From Vitrella brassicaformis CCMP3155 (taxonomy: Eukaryota > Protista > Chromerida): 64,000 nucleotides of DNA. Below are positions 25,683 to 37,842 of the stretch, piece after piece. The stretch covers positions 62,001 to 126,000 of the forward strand of contig CDMY01001052.1 in NCBI GenBank assembly GCA_001179505.1, given 5' to 3'. How positions within the stretch are numbered: the first letter of the stretch is position 1; each line of letters starts with the position of its first letter. Position numbers and translations under genes: made by a program. The notes beneath the pieces are model-generated. The model was not told the DNA's origin, searched no databases, and saw only the letters and a list, made by a program, of their open reading frames with translations.

Positions 25683-26540
25683 CTTGTTTTGAGATGAACA
25701 GTGGCAGATGTGAGGCCGCAGGGAGATGTGACAGAGCAAGATGATGAGGAAGGTGTTGAAAGTCTTTCCCTCCCTCCCCCTCCGCCAAGTCGTTCGTCAA
25801 GCTTACCCTAAATCATCTCCCTTACCCTAAAGCCCGAACCCTGCAGTCAGGCAGCAAAGCACCAAGTTCAGCCCTATCGCCTCTAGCGGTGCATGGCTGA
25901 ACGGCCTCGCTATGACGATGGTGAGCCACCATTTGCATCAGAGCAGCAAGGCACGCGCAGCAGCCTGTCTGCATGTCTTGTTTCTGGAGGCGGCGCCTTC
26001 AGGCCGCTGGGGTGGCGTGTGTGCAACGTTATGTGCCTGCTCGTATGTTGCCGTCGTTCGCAGCGCATTGCATATATAGAGGGAGGGAGCGAGCAAGCGA
26101 CGGTGTCACATGCGCGCCATACCTGACCTTCCTTCCCCCAATCATCCCTTGAAAGCAACTGCGTGCGTGCAACAGAGACACACGCAGACACACACGTGGA
26201 TCGATGCACACGCACATGTACACGCGACTTCAAAAAGAGGCAGCAATGGAAGCCGTTGGCAAGGAGCAAGCAATGTGTGTCTCTCTCTCTGGTTGGCTGG
26301 CTGGCTGGCTGGCTGGCTGATGGTGTGTGCATGGAGGCATGGAAAAAATGACAGCGTGGAGCATGCAGAGGGTGAGCAATCGGACAATTCACGTACGTAT
26401 ATGGGTGGACATCGATGCATGCAATCACGGTGAGAGAAGCGCCACGGCGGCCACGCGTGCAAGCGGGTGTATCTCGCGAGAGACAAACGACGACACATTG
26501 ATGCCGTCCGTCCGTCCATCCATCCACCGATTTGTATCGA

Positions 26541-29500
26541 TCACATGATGCTGCATGCGACGGATCCGTCTTCATTGTAGAGCTGTTTCCCCTGCTTGGC
26601 CAGCTCCATCTCCACCTGCTTCAGCAACTGCACACACAGTGGATGGACACAGCCGGATGGAGGGTTCAAAGAGGTACGTGAGGACGACGCGGCAGCCAAG
26701 GGTGGGTTGGTGTCTCTGTGTGTGACCTACCTGTTCCTTGTCGGCGAGTTGCTTCTGCAGGTCCCCCACGGCTTTCTCCTTCTCATTCAACTCCTCCTCC
26801 TTCTCATTCAACTGTTGCTGCAAGCAACATGTGAAGAACAATTTACGTGCAACAGAGTGCAAACAAGACAGTGAGTGGCGCAGAAGGCTGCATGGCCGGC
26901 ACCGGCGCACCACGCCCACCTGGAGGGCTTCGTCATCGCGACCACCCTGCGTACACAGAACACAAGAAGATAGAGCACAAAGAATCCCATTCCATTCATT
27001 CGTCCCCTCCTCCGCATGTCCATACCCTCAGAGTGGTCTTTCTTCTGCCGGGTCCCTTCCCGGCCCACTGAGACTCGCCCGACGGCTGCCTGCAAAACCG
27101 ACAGACACCGACACAACGAGACAACGTTGGCTGAAGCGTGGGACGGGGTACGATGCTCTGCTCTGTGTGTCAGTGGCTCGCCTTTCGAGTTCAGCTTGCT
27201 CGCCCACCGTCATGCCATATACCTGACAGAAGGAGGAAGGAGCGTGTGTGTGAAGTTGCGCCAAGACAAGACACGCACACACGCACCTCAAATACGATAG
27301 CGCCGTCGAACCAGGGGAGGGTCTCCTCATTCAGCGGCACGTAGAAATTCTGCATCAACCAACCAAAGATTCTGAATGGGCATGCACCTGAATATATGTG
27401 GATGGTCGGTTACCCACCTTGACGTATGAGAATTTAGGCTGGGGTGAGACGACGTCTTTGAGCTTCTTGATGGCAGGTGCCTCCCCCTCGTCGTCCTGAT
27501 CGGTCTTGACCATGACCGACTGCCGTTCGGGCACCTGCGCCTTGTACTCGGACACACCATCAATCCACTTGTACACCTGAGGGAGTGTGTTGATAGGATG
27601 GATGGATGGATGGACGGATGGTTGAGTGGTGTGCCAGGCTGACCACTTGTGGGTTTCTGCAGTACTTCTCGTTGAGGTTTCTGGCGCTGTCGAGCCCGAC
27701 AGTAAGCTTTAGTGTGCGGCCCAGCAGCTCGTCGACAGTGTCGTAGTCTGTCAGTGGATTCTGACGCGCACATGAGCGGACAGAGAACAAGTGCGTGCGT
27801 GACAATAATATTCTCTTGTCATGTCATCTCACGTTTGCGAAGTCTTGTGCAGCGACTGTCCGCGCTGTGCCGAAGACCGCCTGGCTCTTCTTCTACCCGA
27901 CACGAGACAGAGCAACAAGAGACACAGAGACAAGTTGATAGGTCGACGCTGTGACGGCTTGCTGTCACACATTTCTGACCTCTTCCTTTTCGATTTCTGC
28001 GGGCGTCCAGTCCTCCTTGAGCAGCTCCATCTTGAGCGCCACGATGAGCTCGCCCTCCTTCTTGCCCCTGTGGCACACATGCACGCGATACGTGGACGAG
28101 AAACAACCAAGACACACAAGGAAGCAGACCATGCATACTCACTTATAGTCGAATATGGGTGTGGTCTCCTTCTCGATGTCGAGCAGGTTGCGAATGGGGT
28201 CGAGATACAGGTAGGCTTGGCCCAGCTGTGGAGACAGACAGACAGACAGACAGACAGACAGGCAGACAGACCGACAGACAGACAGACAGACCGACAGACA
28301 GACATGCACGTGTCCATCTCTGTGCGTTTGACTCATTTACCATGTGCAGTGTCTCTGGGTCGGAAGCGAATGGGTCCTGGCCGCCCTCTATCCCAATCTG
28401 GGTCTCGTCGTCAGACATCGACCAAGTCGAGTACAGCTGCACACCGAATGCACGGACGCATGGACAGCCGCCAACGATTCAGAAGAGGGGCACACGATTA
28501 TGCGTGTGTGTTCGCCGACCTCTCTTATTTCAAACATTTTCTCCTCAAACACATCGAGTGGCCAGAACTGCACAATGTCTTCGTCGAAACGCTCAACGCG
28601 AATTTGTATCTCCGTGTTCTGCATCGCTGTCTGCAGCACACTCACACACAGGACGCACGCACGAGACGCATCACATCGTCCCCTCACCCGCACCGTCTAC
28701 CCATTTACCCTCTGCAGCTTCTTCTTTGCGACGTCCATGGCGTCGGCGCGCGTGATGAGCTTGATCGAGAAGAACACTCCCTTGCCCATCTCATCTGCAG
28801 ACATACATCGAGCCACCAGGTATGAGAACAACACGACCAGGGGAGCAGGAAAACCGACCAGCGATGCAGTTAGCTTCCTCGAGGAGCATGATGGTGCGGG
28901 TGAGGACCTCTTCCAGCACCATCTTGGCGCGGATCTCTGCCTCGGCCTGGCGCTTCTCTTCATCCTGTCGACCCACAGACAGACAGACAGACAGACAGAC
29001 ACGGCCACGCAAGACAGTCAGTCCCACAGCGAGACACGTGTGTGGACGTGTCCTTCTGGCCTGTTCTCTGCCCAGTTCGACGAGCTTCTTCTCCAGCTCC
29101 CGCTTTTTCTTCTCAATCTCCTTGTTCTGCTTCTCGCGCTCCTTCTGAAAGACACACAGAGCAGGTCTGATGACACCAGCCGGCAGTCTGCATCTACGGT
29201 ATGACTGATTGACCTCCAGCTGCTCCTTCAACTTCTTGGCCTCCTCTTTGTTCTGAGAGAGAGAGAAAGAGAGAGAAGCATCCCGCTCGCGCACTGTCTG
29301 TCTCTGTGTCCCTTTTGCTCTCTCTCTCGCGCACATACCCCTTCTGACTTGAGTTTCTCTTCCTTCTCCTTGATCTGTTTCTGCCACTCCTTCTTCTGCT
29401 TCTCGAGGGCCTTCTTCTCCTCCTCTATCTTGCGCTCGGCCTCCTCTCGCTGCACCTCGAGCTTGGCATGGAAGGCGCGCATGGACAGGTCGGCCTCCTC

Positions 29501-32468
29501 GTCGCCCGCCATGGCGCCGATGAGGCTCTTGTTGACCTCCTTCATGGCCTCCTCCCAGTCGGGCATCGACTTGTCCACGTCGCTTGGGTCGAAATACACA
29601 AACAGGTTGTGGTTGCCTGACAGAGACAGACAGACATACAGACGGACGGACACCCAGAGAGACGTAGAGAGGTGGGCTGAGTGTCCTGGCGTGCGTCTTC
29701 CATCTCACCGACCGAAAAGGATTCTGTCTTTGTGAGAGAGTTCGACACTCTGTCCGGCCTCGACCAGTTTGCCGTTGACGTGGGTCTTGGCGCTGGCAGT
29801 GATGTGGCAGATAAACGTCTGACAGGAGGAGTGGACGCGAGCAGGCAGGCAGGCAGGGATTCATCCACCGGTCCGTCGAAGTTACCTCTTCGTCGTCATC
29901 CTCGTCTTCCTTTTCCTTCTTGCAGGTGATGGTCGCATGGCACTTGGAAATGCCCAACCCACCTGCACACACATATGCCCCAAACGAGGAAGGCAGCCGT
30001 CGATCGCTCGATCGATAGATGTTTGAAGGAGGAAGGGCAAGCACGAGCCCGTCGCACACACGGACGGCTGACCGAGCATGATGTCTGGGGGGTTCTCCTT
30101 GTCCTTCTTGCCCAGTACGTTGGTGCCCTCCTTCAAATTGCACGACTGTTAGCACCAAACGCACGACAGACACAGACACAGACACATTGATCAGAAGGCT
30201 GGCTACTGCTACTGCACGACGGGCGATCACGTAGGCATCGATCCTACGATTTTGCCCGACAGCAGTGGGTCCTCGTTGAGGTTCTTGAGCATGGGACACA
30301 CCTGGCCGATACACGTCAGGCAGCCACGTCAATCGACCTCTAACTCTTCTCCCCTCTGCAGGACAAATGACTGACCGCATCGATCTCTGCCTCCTGGGTG
30401 GCCAGGTCTCGCGCCTTGGCCTCCTGCACCTTCTGTGACCACGACTTGGACATTTCCTCCAGCGCACGCTTGTTGGCCTCCAACTCTTCCTTCATACGAG
30501 CGATCTCCTCAGGGTCACCGGAAGGCTCGCCGCCACCAGGACCAGGCAGCACACCGCCTGAGAATAGCGGACGAGAGGACCATGGCTTGGAGGACGACTA
30601 CGTATGTGTGTGGATGGGTAGGTGAGACCTCCTGCAAGTTTTTTGAGTCGTTCGTTCTCCTCCTTGAGCTCTCGGATGAGCTTCTCCATGGGATTCTCGT
30701 TGACCTGCAGACACAGCCGAGGGCAACCACATGGATGCCATGGCTTGGGCGGGGCGCATTGGGTGACCTACCTGTGCGTCGTTTTTGATTTGTTTGACAC
30801 GATCGGCGTATCGGAGTGTGGAGAGGGTCTCGTCGTAGTTGACGCTCGCCGGAGACAGAGCGGCAATCTGCACCGAACCACACCGAAAGACGAAGAAGGA
30901 GACATGGTCGGTCATCGGCCGACCCCGTTCCTCCCGTCTACCATAGCTGTCTTGGAGTTGCCTCCGAGAGCTGTTTGCAGGATACGAGTCAACGCAGAGT
31001 CACGATAAGGAATCACCTGGCCCGGCTTGAGTTTGCCCGCGGCTTTGTCGGCCAGAGCGGAAATCACGTTACCCAACGCAGACAAGGACTGCACACACAG
31101 GTAACCAAGCAAAGCAGTACACACGACATGCTGTGGCTTACCTTGTTGATGTTGGCTCCCTCCTTGAGTCGATCTCCTGAGGCGCCTGTAGATCCGGCAC
31201 GCTCCGAGCCCGCCAGATCCACCAAGTTGATGTCAGAGGCCTTCTGGCTCAACGCCTCCTGAGTAACACACATGCACACACAAAGAGAGACAGACAGAGA
31301 TGGGCTGATTGGTGGTGGTTGGGGAGGTTAGTATGTGCCTGCATGCCTTTGTGTCAGGGTCGAGAGAGATCTGCTTGAACTTGATGGTGAGGACGGTGTG
31401 AGCCCGGGACGATGTCGCGTTCATGAGTGTGGCCCCCACAGTACGATTGCTCGTCCCCTCATCCAGCTTCTTCGAAATGGCGTCGTACGAATCCACGGGG
31501 CTGCACAAACACACCCATCCCAGCAATGGCCTGCAGCCTCCCTCGTCCCTTCTCGTTTCTTTACTGTTCGGTGAGGTCCTGCACGTAGGTGCCGAGCTGT
31601 GGCGTGTGGCGGATCTTGAGGCCGCCACTTTGCCTGAGGCTGGGCTTGACGAGCAGGTCCTGCACCTGCTCGTTGTAGATCTCCAGCATCGACACCAGCA
31701 CCTCAGACTGCCAGTTGGGGTCCTATGAGAAGAGACACACACACATCCATTCATCCATCCACATACCTGGTGAACGGATGGATGTGCGCCTTGCGGACCT
31801 TGTTCTTCTTGATACGGTCGAAGATTTCTTCGCAAGTCCGCACGACGATGCCTTTGTTGGCGCCGTAGCCCACCATAGAGTAGCTCTTGCCGGAGCCCGT
31901 CTGGCCGCTGCGTGTGAGGACAACCGTCCGTCGGACACATCCATTCATCCCATCAAGGGAGTGTTAGAGGGCTTACTAAGCGAACAAACATGCGTTGTAT
32001 CCCTCGAAGGCATTGTCTGGAGGAGACACAGCCGAGAAAGACCACATCCCTCCATCCCTCCACTCGCTTCCTGTGTCCCTCCCTCATGGCATGTGTCTCC
32101 CTCCCTCTCCTGCTTACTGAGCACCTCCACGCCAATCTCGCTGTAGACTTTATGCTGATCGGCATACTTGGGGTTCACAGGGAAGGAGTACCTGAAGTCA
32201 GCACAGCCCGCCATCATTATCATCGCCTGCCATCCATTCTCTCATAGATGGCGCCATCAAGTGACCCGTTCTCGTCGGTCTCGAAGCCGTCATGGGACCA
32301 GTAGGAGTAGTCGAAGGCGAACTTGCGCTCGCCGCCCCTTCCGCCCTCTTCCTCGAGGTTTCTGATGACGGTGTTCTTGCCCTGCATGTCGATGCACAGC
32401 TGGGCGCCCATGTTCTTCTCGCGGTCATTGAACGGACGCACGCGCACAGCCACCTTGACGGACGACAT
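26541..32468 (-). CDS. Kinesin-3 family motor (KIF1/KIF28/Unc104-like) with FHA domain, stalk, C2-like tail and C-terminal CaaX
   Basis: Motor domain: [34 protein letters not shown] (P-loop), [50 protein letters not shown] region: [25 protein letters not shown]. The last exon 26541-26627 reads [28 protein letters not shown]. Confidence 0.95.
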
Positions 32469-34358
32469 GGTTGCGGCACACGGAGATGCTCACGAGTCAA
32501 GACACCACACGAGTAAGGGTGGAGACGTGGGGGCCTGGTGGGGGCCGGAGAAAGACGGAGGGGAAGGGAGAGAACCTAAAGCCGAACAAAGACTTTGCTA
32601 TGGAGCTGCGAGGCTGTGTGAGCTGTGGCTGCAACAATGTGGGCGTGGTGTGCATCTTATCCTCCCTGCTGCATTTCATCCTCTGTGCGGAGGGGCTGGG
32701 ATGGGCCATGAAGAAGAGCGACGACTTCATTCCCACGCTTGTGGAGGGCATATGTAGGCAGCTGACGGGCGCTGTTCTATCCTGCCATTCACCATTTGCA
32801 ATGCTGACTAACTAAGCACCCATGTGTGGCATGCAGGCTCGTTTATTTCTCTGGCTGGTATTGCTGTGACGGTGGTGCATCAGACGACATCCTTCATGAT
32901 TGTCGCACTCCTCAGCCTCGTCGGGGTGGGTTTCAAGGTTTGTCCACGACGTGCACGGAGGACTGACACACAGTGAGTGTGTGCAGTGAGTGACACGCAT
33001 CTCTGTCTATCTGTTGCTCACTTAGGTCTACATGCACACATCTGCAATCAGCGACGATACGCCAGAGAGGGCCGTCGATGCAGGTTAGTGACAGAGTGCA
33101 AGGGACAAAGACGTCTTCAATGAAAGCACTCACAATCGCACCCCTCAATGTTCACGGGATACACAGCGTCCGTCCCTTCCTCACCTTCGGTCTGTGTCAT
33201 CGTGTAAACAGCTTTGTTAGCTGAGTGGATGGGCGGGGACGTGAGTGACTCGACATGGCTCATCTACCTCACCATGGCAGTGAAAACCATCACAGGGTGA
33301 GGATTGGGGGGGGGGGGAGAGGGAGAGAGGGAGAGAGGGAGAGAGGGAGAGAGATGAAGCGGGGATGCAGGCAGTCGATTCCTGTATGCATTCGCGAATG
33401 GATGAAGGACGTGGATGACCCTGGCCCTCTTCGCTGCGGGGATGGGTACTCAGCTGAGAAGGAGAGGCGACACACGCTTCCCAATCACTCCTACAGTGAC
33501 CTACATTACATGTGTTTGTATTGACAGAGAAGTTGTATTACGGGTCTGTGTGGTCTCGCGGCCCGCACGAGCAGACGCCGCTGAAAGGCAGCCAGGCTAT
33601 AGCCGGTGGGCAATAAATGCTGCACACATGCCGAGACAACACGTATGCCGGTCTGCCTGTGTGCCTGTCTCACCTCACATGTGACATGCCTGCAGGTCTC
33701 ATATCAAGAAGAGAAAGCAAAAGCGATGATGCGATCCAAGGTCAGCAAAGAGAATAAAAAGGGCAACACATGGCACAATCCTTCGCTCGTGTGGCGGACT
33801 CTCTCCAGGGCTCGTAAGGAAGCCTGCGCGCAGCAGCGCCCTTTCTGGGCTTGTGCCTGACCATCCCCCCGCAGCGGCTGCTGCGGCTGGATGGCGGCCG
33901 TCATCACGAGGAGTTGAAGGTACCTAGATGCGTTTGGGATGTATGGACGCCCTTGTCTCGATGTGTCCATGCAGGCCTGGTGCCGAGCACCTCAGGCAAG
34001 AAGGCTTCCGTGTTGGGCGCCCCGAGAAGAGATCGACCGCCATCAGGGCTTGATGGTGAATCATGTTTGACACACGGAACCCTGCGGATGATGCTCTCTT
34101 GTTGTGCATCTCGCCTGCAGGGCTTATTTAGGTGAGGCATATGGATATGCTTGTAGGTACTCAGGTGCATGTGAGTCGATAGGTCGTGTGTGCGCCGTTT
34201 CCCTCGTGACGACTTGTAAAATTGTCTTGCGAGTAGTTGCAAATGGGGCTGGAGACACTGTATGGTGGGCAGCTTTGCTCACGCTTTCGCAACGAGAATC
34301 CTGGCCGTGGCCCTTTGCGAGCTCATTTTGTAAACACCCGGCCGTTGGATTGCGCGGA

Positions 34359-36212
34359 ATGGGTTTCCGTGTTCTCCTGTTCTTCGGGCTCCTCTCCTTT
34401 CCCTTCCCGGGCCCGGGCGTCGCTGCGCAAAAGGCCGCAGAGGTGCTGCTTGATGAGAGCCTCTTGGATGCAGGTAGAAACACACATACGCACACACACG
34501 CGCGCACGGACCCACAAACAAGAAGGGGTGCACACAGGGGCTCTTTGCTGTGATGTTTGCAGGTAGCCCTGCTCCTCCTGTGTCTTCGGAAGACGCCAGC
34601 ACACCAGCTCCGGAGGGCGACCTGAGCACCCCACCGCCCGACTGCTGGGACGACTCTGGCGAGTGCAATGTGAGTCAGCGGGAGGCAACACAAGCTCACA
34701 GAGGCAGGCGGACTCACCTCACCTCCATCTGGCTTTTATCCTGTAGCTTGCCGAAGTGGTGCAGTCGCCTCCCGCCAATGACACCTTCATCAAGACGCTT
34801 ATCGCCCACCCGGCTTCCATCATTGGCGTCGAGTTCAAGACAGGGCACCCCGGTCAAGACGCGCCTGCGTTCGAGACGATGTCGTTCGGCGTCCCCTACA
34901 CGCGATTCGTTCAGGAGCTGATGGCACTCGGTGTCAACACGCTGCGCATACCCGCGGCCGGCATGGACCAGCTGCAGCGTGTGAGCGTCCTTCAGAGGTT
35001 CCTGCAGGGACTGGTCGACCACGGTTTCGTAGATTTCGGAATCGTCCTTTCACAAAAAGGGTGGCATCTTCACCGCCCCGCCAACCAAGAGGCCCTCTCT
35101 GACGCATTTGCCAACGCCTACAGAGCGCTCGCTCAGATTGGTCTTGACGACCGCATCCTCGGGGTCATGTTTGGTACACAAAGACACCGGGAGGGGGAGG
35201 GAGAGGTTTGTGTAAGTGACCACGTCACGTCTTGGCTTGATCGATCCTCAGGTGAAAACGAGCCACTCAAGGGTCTGCAGTCCGACAAGCAGCAGTGGGA
35301 CAAGCGACATATGAGCGTCCTTAAGACGATGGCGATGGTCAACACCAAGACTGACGGCTTTTTCACCTCGAGAGCCGTCTACATACTCGGGAGGGGCCAC
35401 GGCTCCCAATTCACGGGCGTCAAGGCCTCATCCGACTTCCTGGGCTTCCACCGCCAAATCCGCGACTACGCCGCCAATCACGTCTACTCATACAAGCTCT
35501 TCCAAGAGGGCAAGCCGTCCAGCCTCTCTCTCGACAGCTGGCGAGCCCACTTTCGGCGCTATGACGGCCTGGACGAGGTCACTCAGTTGGCCGTGCCGAT
35601 AATCTTCGTCGGCGATGCGAGCGATGGCCTGCGGGGTGGGTCGTTTGTTGAGGGCAAGAGTCCGTATGGTGGCGGGGCGGGGCAGTATGTGATCAAGGCG
35701 CTGCGGGACGTCTTCCTTACCAACAAATGGACGGGCTTCGCTCTCGGGCCTTTCCTCGTCGACCCGGCGGTTGAGAAGGTGGGCCGGACCACCCTGTTTG
35801 TGACCAATGGGGGTGACGATTGGCTGCCTCAAGAAGAGACCATCGCCGCATTCATGACCTGGCGGGACAGCACCAGGTGAGGCCACCGCCACCACAGACA
35901 CCCTCACAAATGCCCCTCCCTATGTGTGTTGCTGTGTGTGTTGTGTTTGTTGTGTTTGTTTCTGGCTGCAGGAGTGAGGGGTCGGTTCGCAAGAGCTGCG
36001 ACTCGTCTTCCCTGTGGCGCTTCCTGCCTAGAAGGAGACGCGTATTCGTCACCCACTGCGACCCAGACCGCCAGACCGCCGTGTCCAGGGCAACCGCCCC
36101 CCCCATGCGCACAACACGAGAGGACGTGCCCAGCGGTGCGGTGGGGAGGACATTGTGTCCTTTGGTGCTGCCTTTCACCGCTGCCGTGGGGCTGATATGG
36201 CTCTGGCCCTGA
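34359..36212 (+). CDS. Secreted, predicted GPI-anchored glycoside hydrolase clan-A (GH5-like TIM barrel) protein with atypical catalytic motifs
   Basis: Five exons (34359-34473, 34563-34669, 34747-35173, 35252-35876, 35972-36212) splice in frame. Features: signal MGFRVLLFFGLLSFPF; LMALGVNTLRIP; ILGVMFG|ENEP; NHVYSYKLF; PIIFVGDAS; C-terminal PSGAVGRTLCPLVLPFTAAVGLIWLWP*. Confidence 0.75.
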
Positions 36213-37842
36213 TGAATGGACGGATGGATGGATGGATGAGCCACGGGGAATGAGATCTCATGCATGGATGAGGGGGCGCGGATGGGAACGAGCCATGCGC
36301 GCCTTCTCTATCTCTTTCTTCTCTGAGGGATTTTGATTTGAGTGTTTTTTGTAAGTAAGATGGATGCAAACGACATGCATGTGTTGTGTGTACCTGTAGG
36401 TATCAGTATCATTCGATCGTGGGTGTGCGCCCTTCGAATGAAGGGAAGTCAGATCGTATGTGTTCACTTGTACGGGTGTGTGTGTGTGTGTGTGTATGTG
36501 TTATCTATCTATGGGGGTTGGTTGGAAGTCAGCTTGACGCCAGCAAGCATTTTGGGTCAGCCAGAGGGGCGGGCCTAGGGGGCATCCACGCCTATACTGA
36601 CGATACTTACCCAGAATTTTGCGTAGGAGGAAACATACATACATACATACAAAGATCCTGTCATGTGCCCTCTCTCTCGTGTGTATGCTTGCATTTAGAG
36701 AGAGACCTTGCGTGTGAATGTATGTTTATCTAACCATGTGTGTGTGTGTGTGTATTGGTTGGCGCCAGTGGTAGCGGGTGGGTGGTGTGGCCGACAAAGG
36801 CACGCAGGTACCTGAATGCTTCATACCGACCGATGTTACTATGTGTCGACGAATGGGACTACCCATCGACTAGTGGGGACACTACGTCATGTGGTGTGTG
36901 TGTGTGTGTGTGTGCATATGTCGTATTTTTCTAATGTTCAGCCATGACAGTTGAGTGAGTGGATTAGACAGACAGACATTTGATAAATCCTCCATCTATC
37001 TATCCAGTGATGACACCTTTCACATCACACACACAGCCATACGAGTCGGTCGGTCACCGCACGCTCCCACACACCTGCTGGATGGGAAACACATACACAC
37101 CCACACCCACACACACGGACTGCCAGCCCGTCGTTGAATGACCAATAAAGGGCCACAAGAACCAACCAGCAAGACACACACACACATGAACGGATGGATG
37201 GATGGAGAAAGGAATTGCTACTCGCGCCACACGGACAGGCAGACAGACGGACAGGCAGCCCTTGACAGGGATGCACACTACACCGTCCTTGCACAGAAGA
37301 TGAGATGAAAAACAAACATCCCAACTACCTCTACGCCTGCATGCCATGCGTGTGTGTCTGGATTGCCAAACCACTGACTGATCAAGTGGGAGAGCCCGCA
37401 CGCCTAACCGGGCGCCACACACACACACATATAGGAACAGGGAGGGAGAGAGGGATGGAGGGAGGCAGAGAGGGGATACCCTTATTGACACACACACACA
37501 CATGCATCGCATCGCAAGCTCTACTTACTTACAAAGAGGGACAACCGCAGGCACACACACACGGGCACACCTCCACACTGACACACTCATGCACGCACAG
37601 CACACGCAGACAGAGACTGATAAAAGAACCACCAAAGCCGCACGCACACCACACCATACCATTGGTTGTCCTTTCTTCACAAAACAAGACAGAAACGAAA
37701 AAAACAGAGATACTTCCCCCTCCCCCCCCTTCCCCCTTAACAACCCCCCTTACACACTACCAGCCCACGCACCCCCCATAAATACTTAGCACACCATGAC
37801 CAATAAGTCTATCATCATCCATCGACTAGATCGATCCCTCCC

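Noticed and set aside
32471-34350. Short ORFs upstream of the kinesin and GH genes (for example VSYQEEKAKAMMRSK at about 33690-33860)
   Set aside because: No start, splice continuity or homology is evident. Likely UTR or intergenic.
35926-36195. ORF with an apparent signal peptide MLLCVLCLLCLFLAAG
   Set aside because: The hydrophobic start is a translated GT-rich intron. The real exon is in another frame and encodes the GPI signal of the GH5-like gene.
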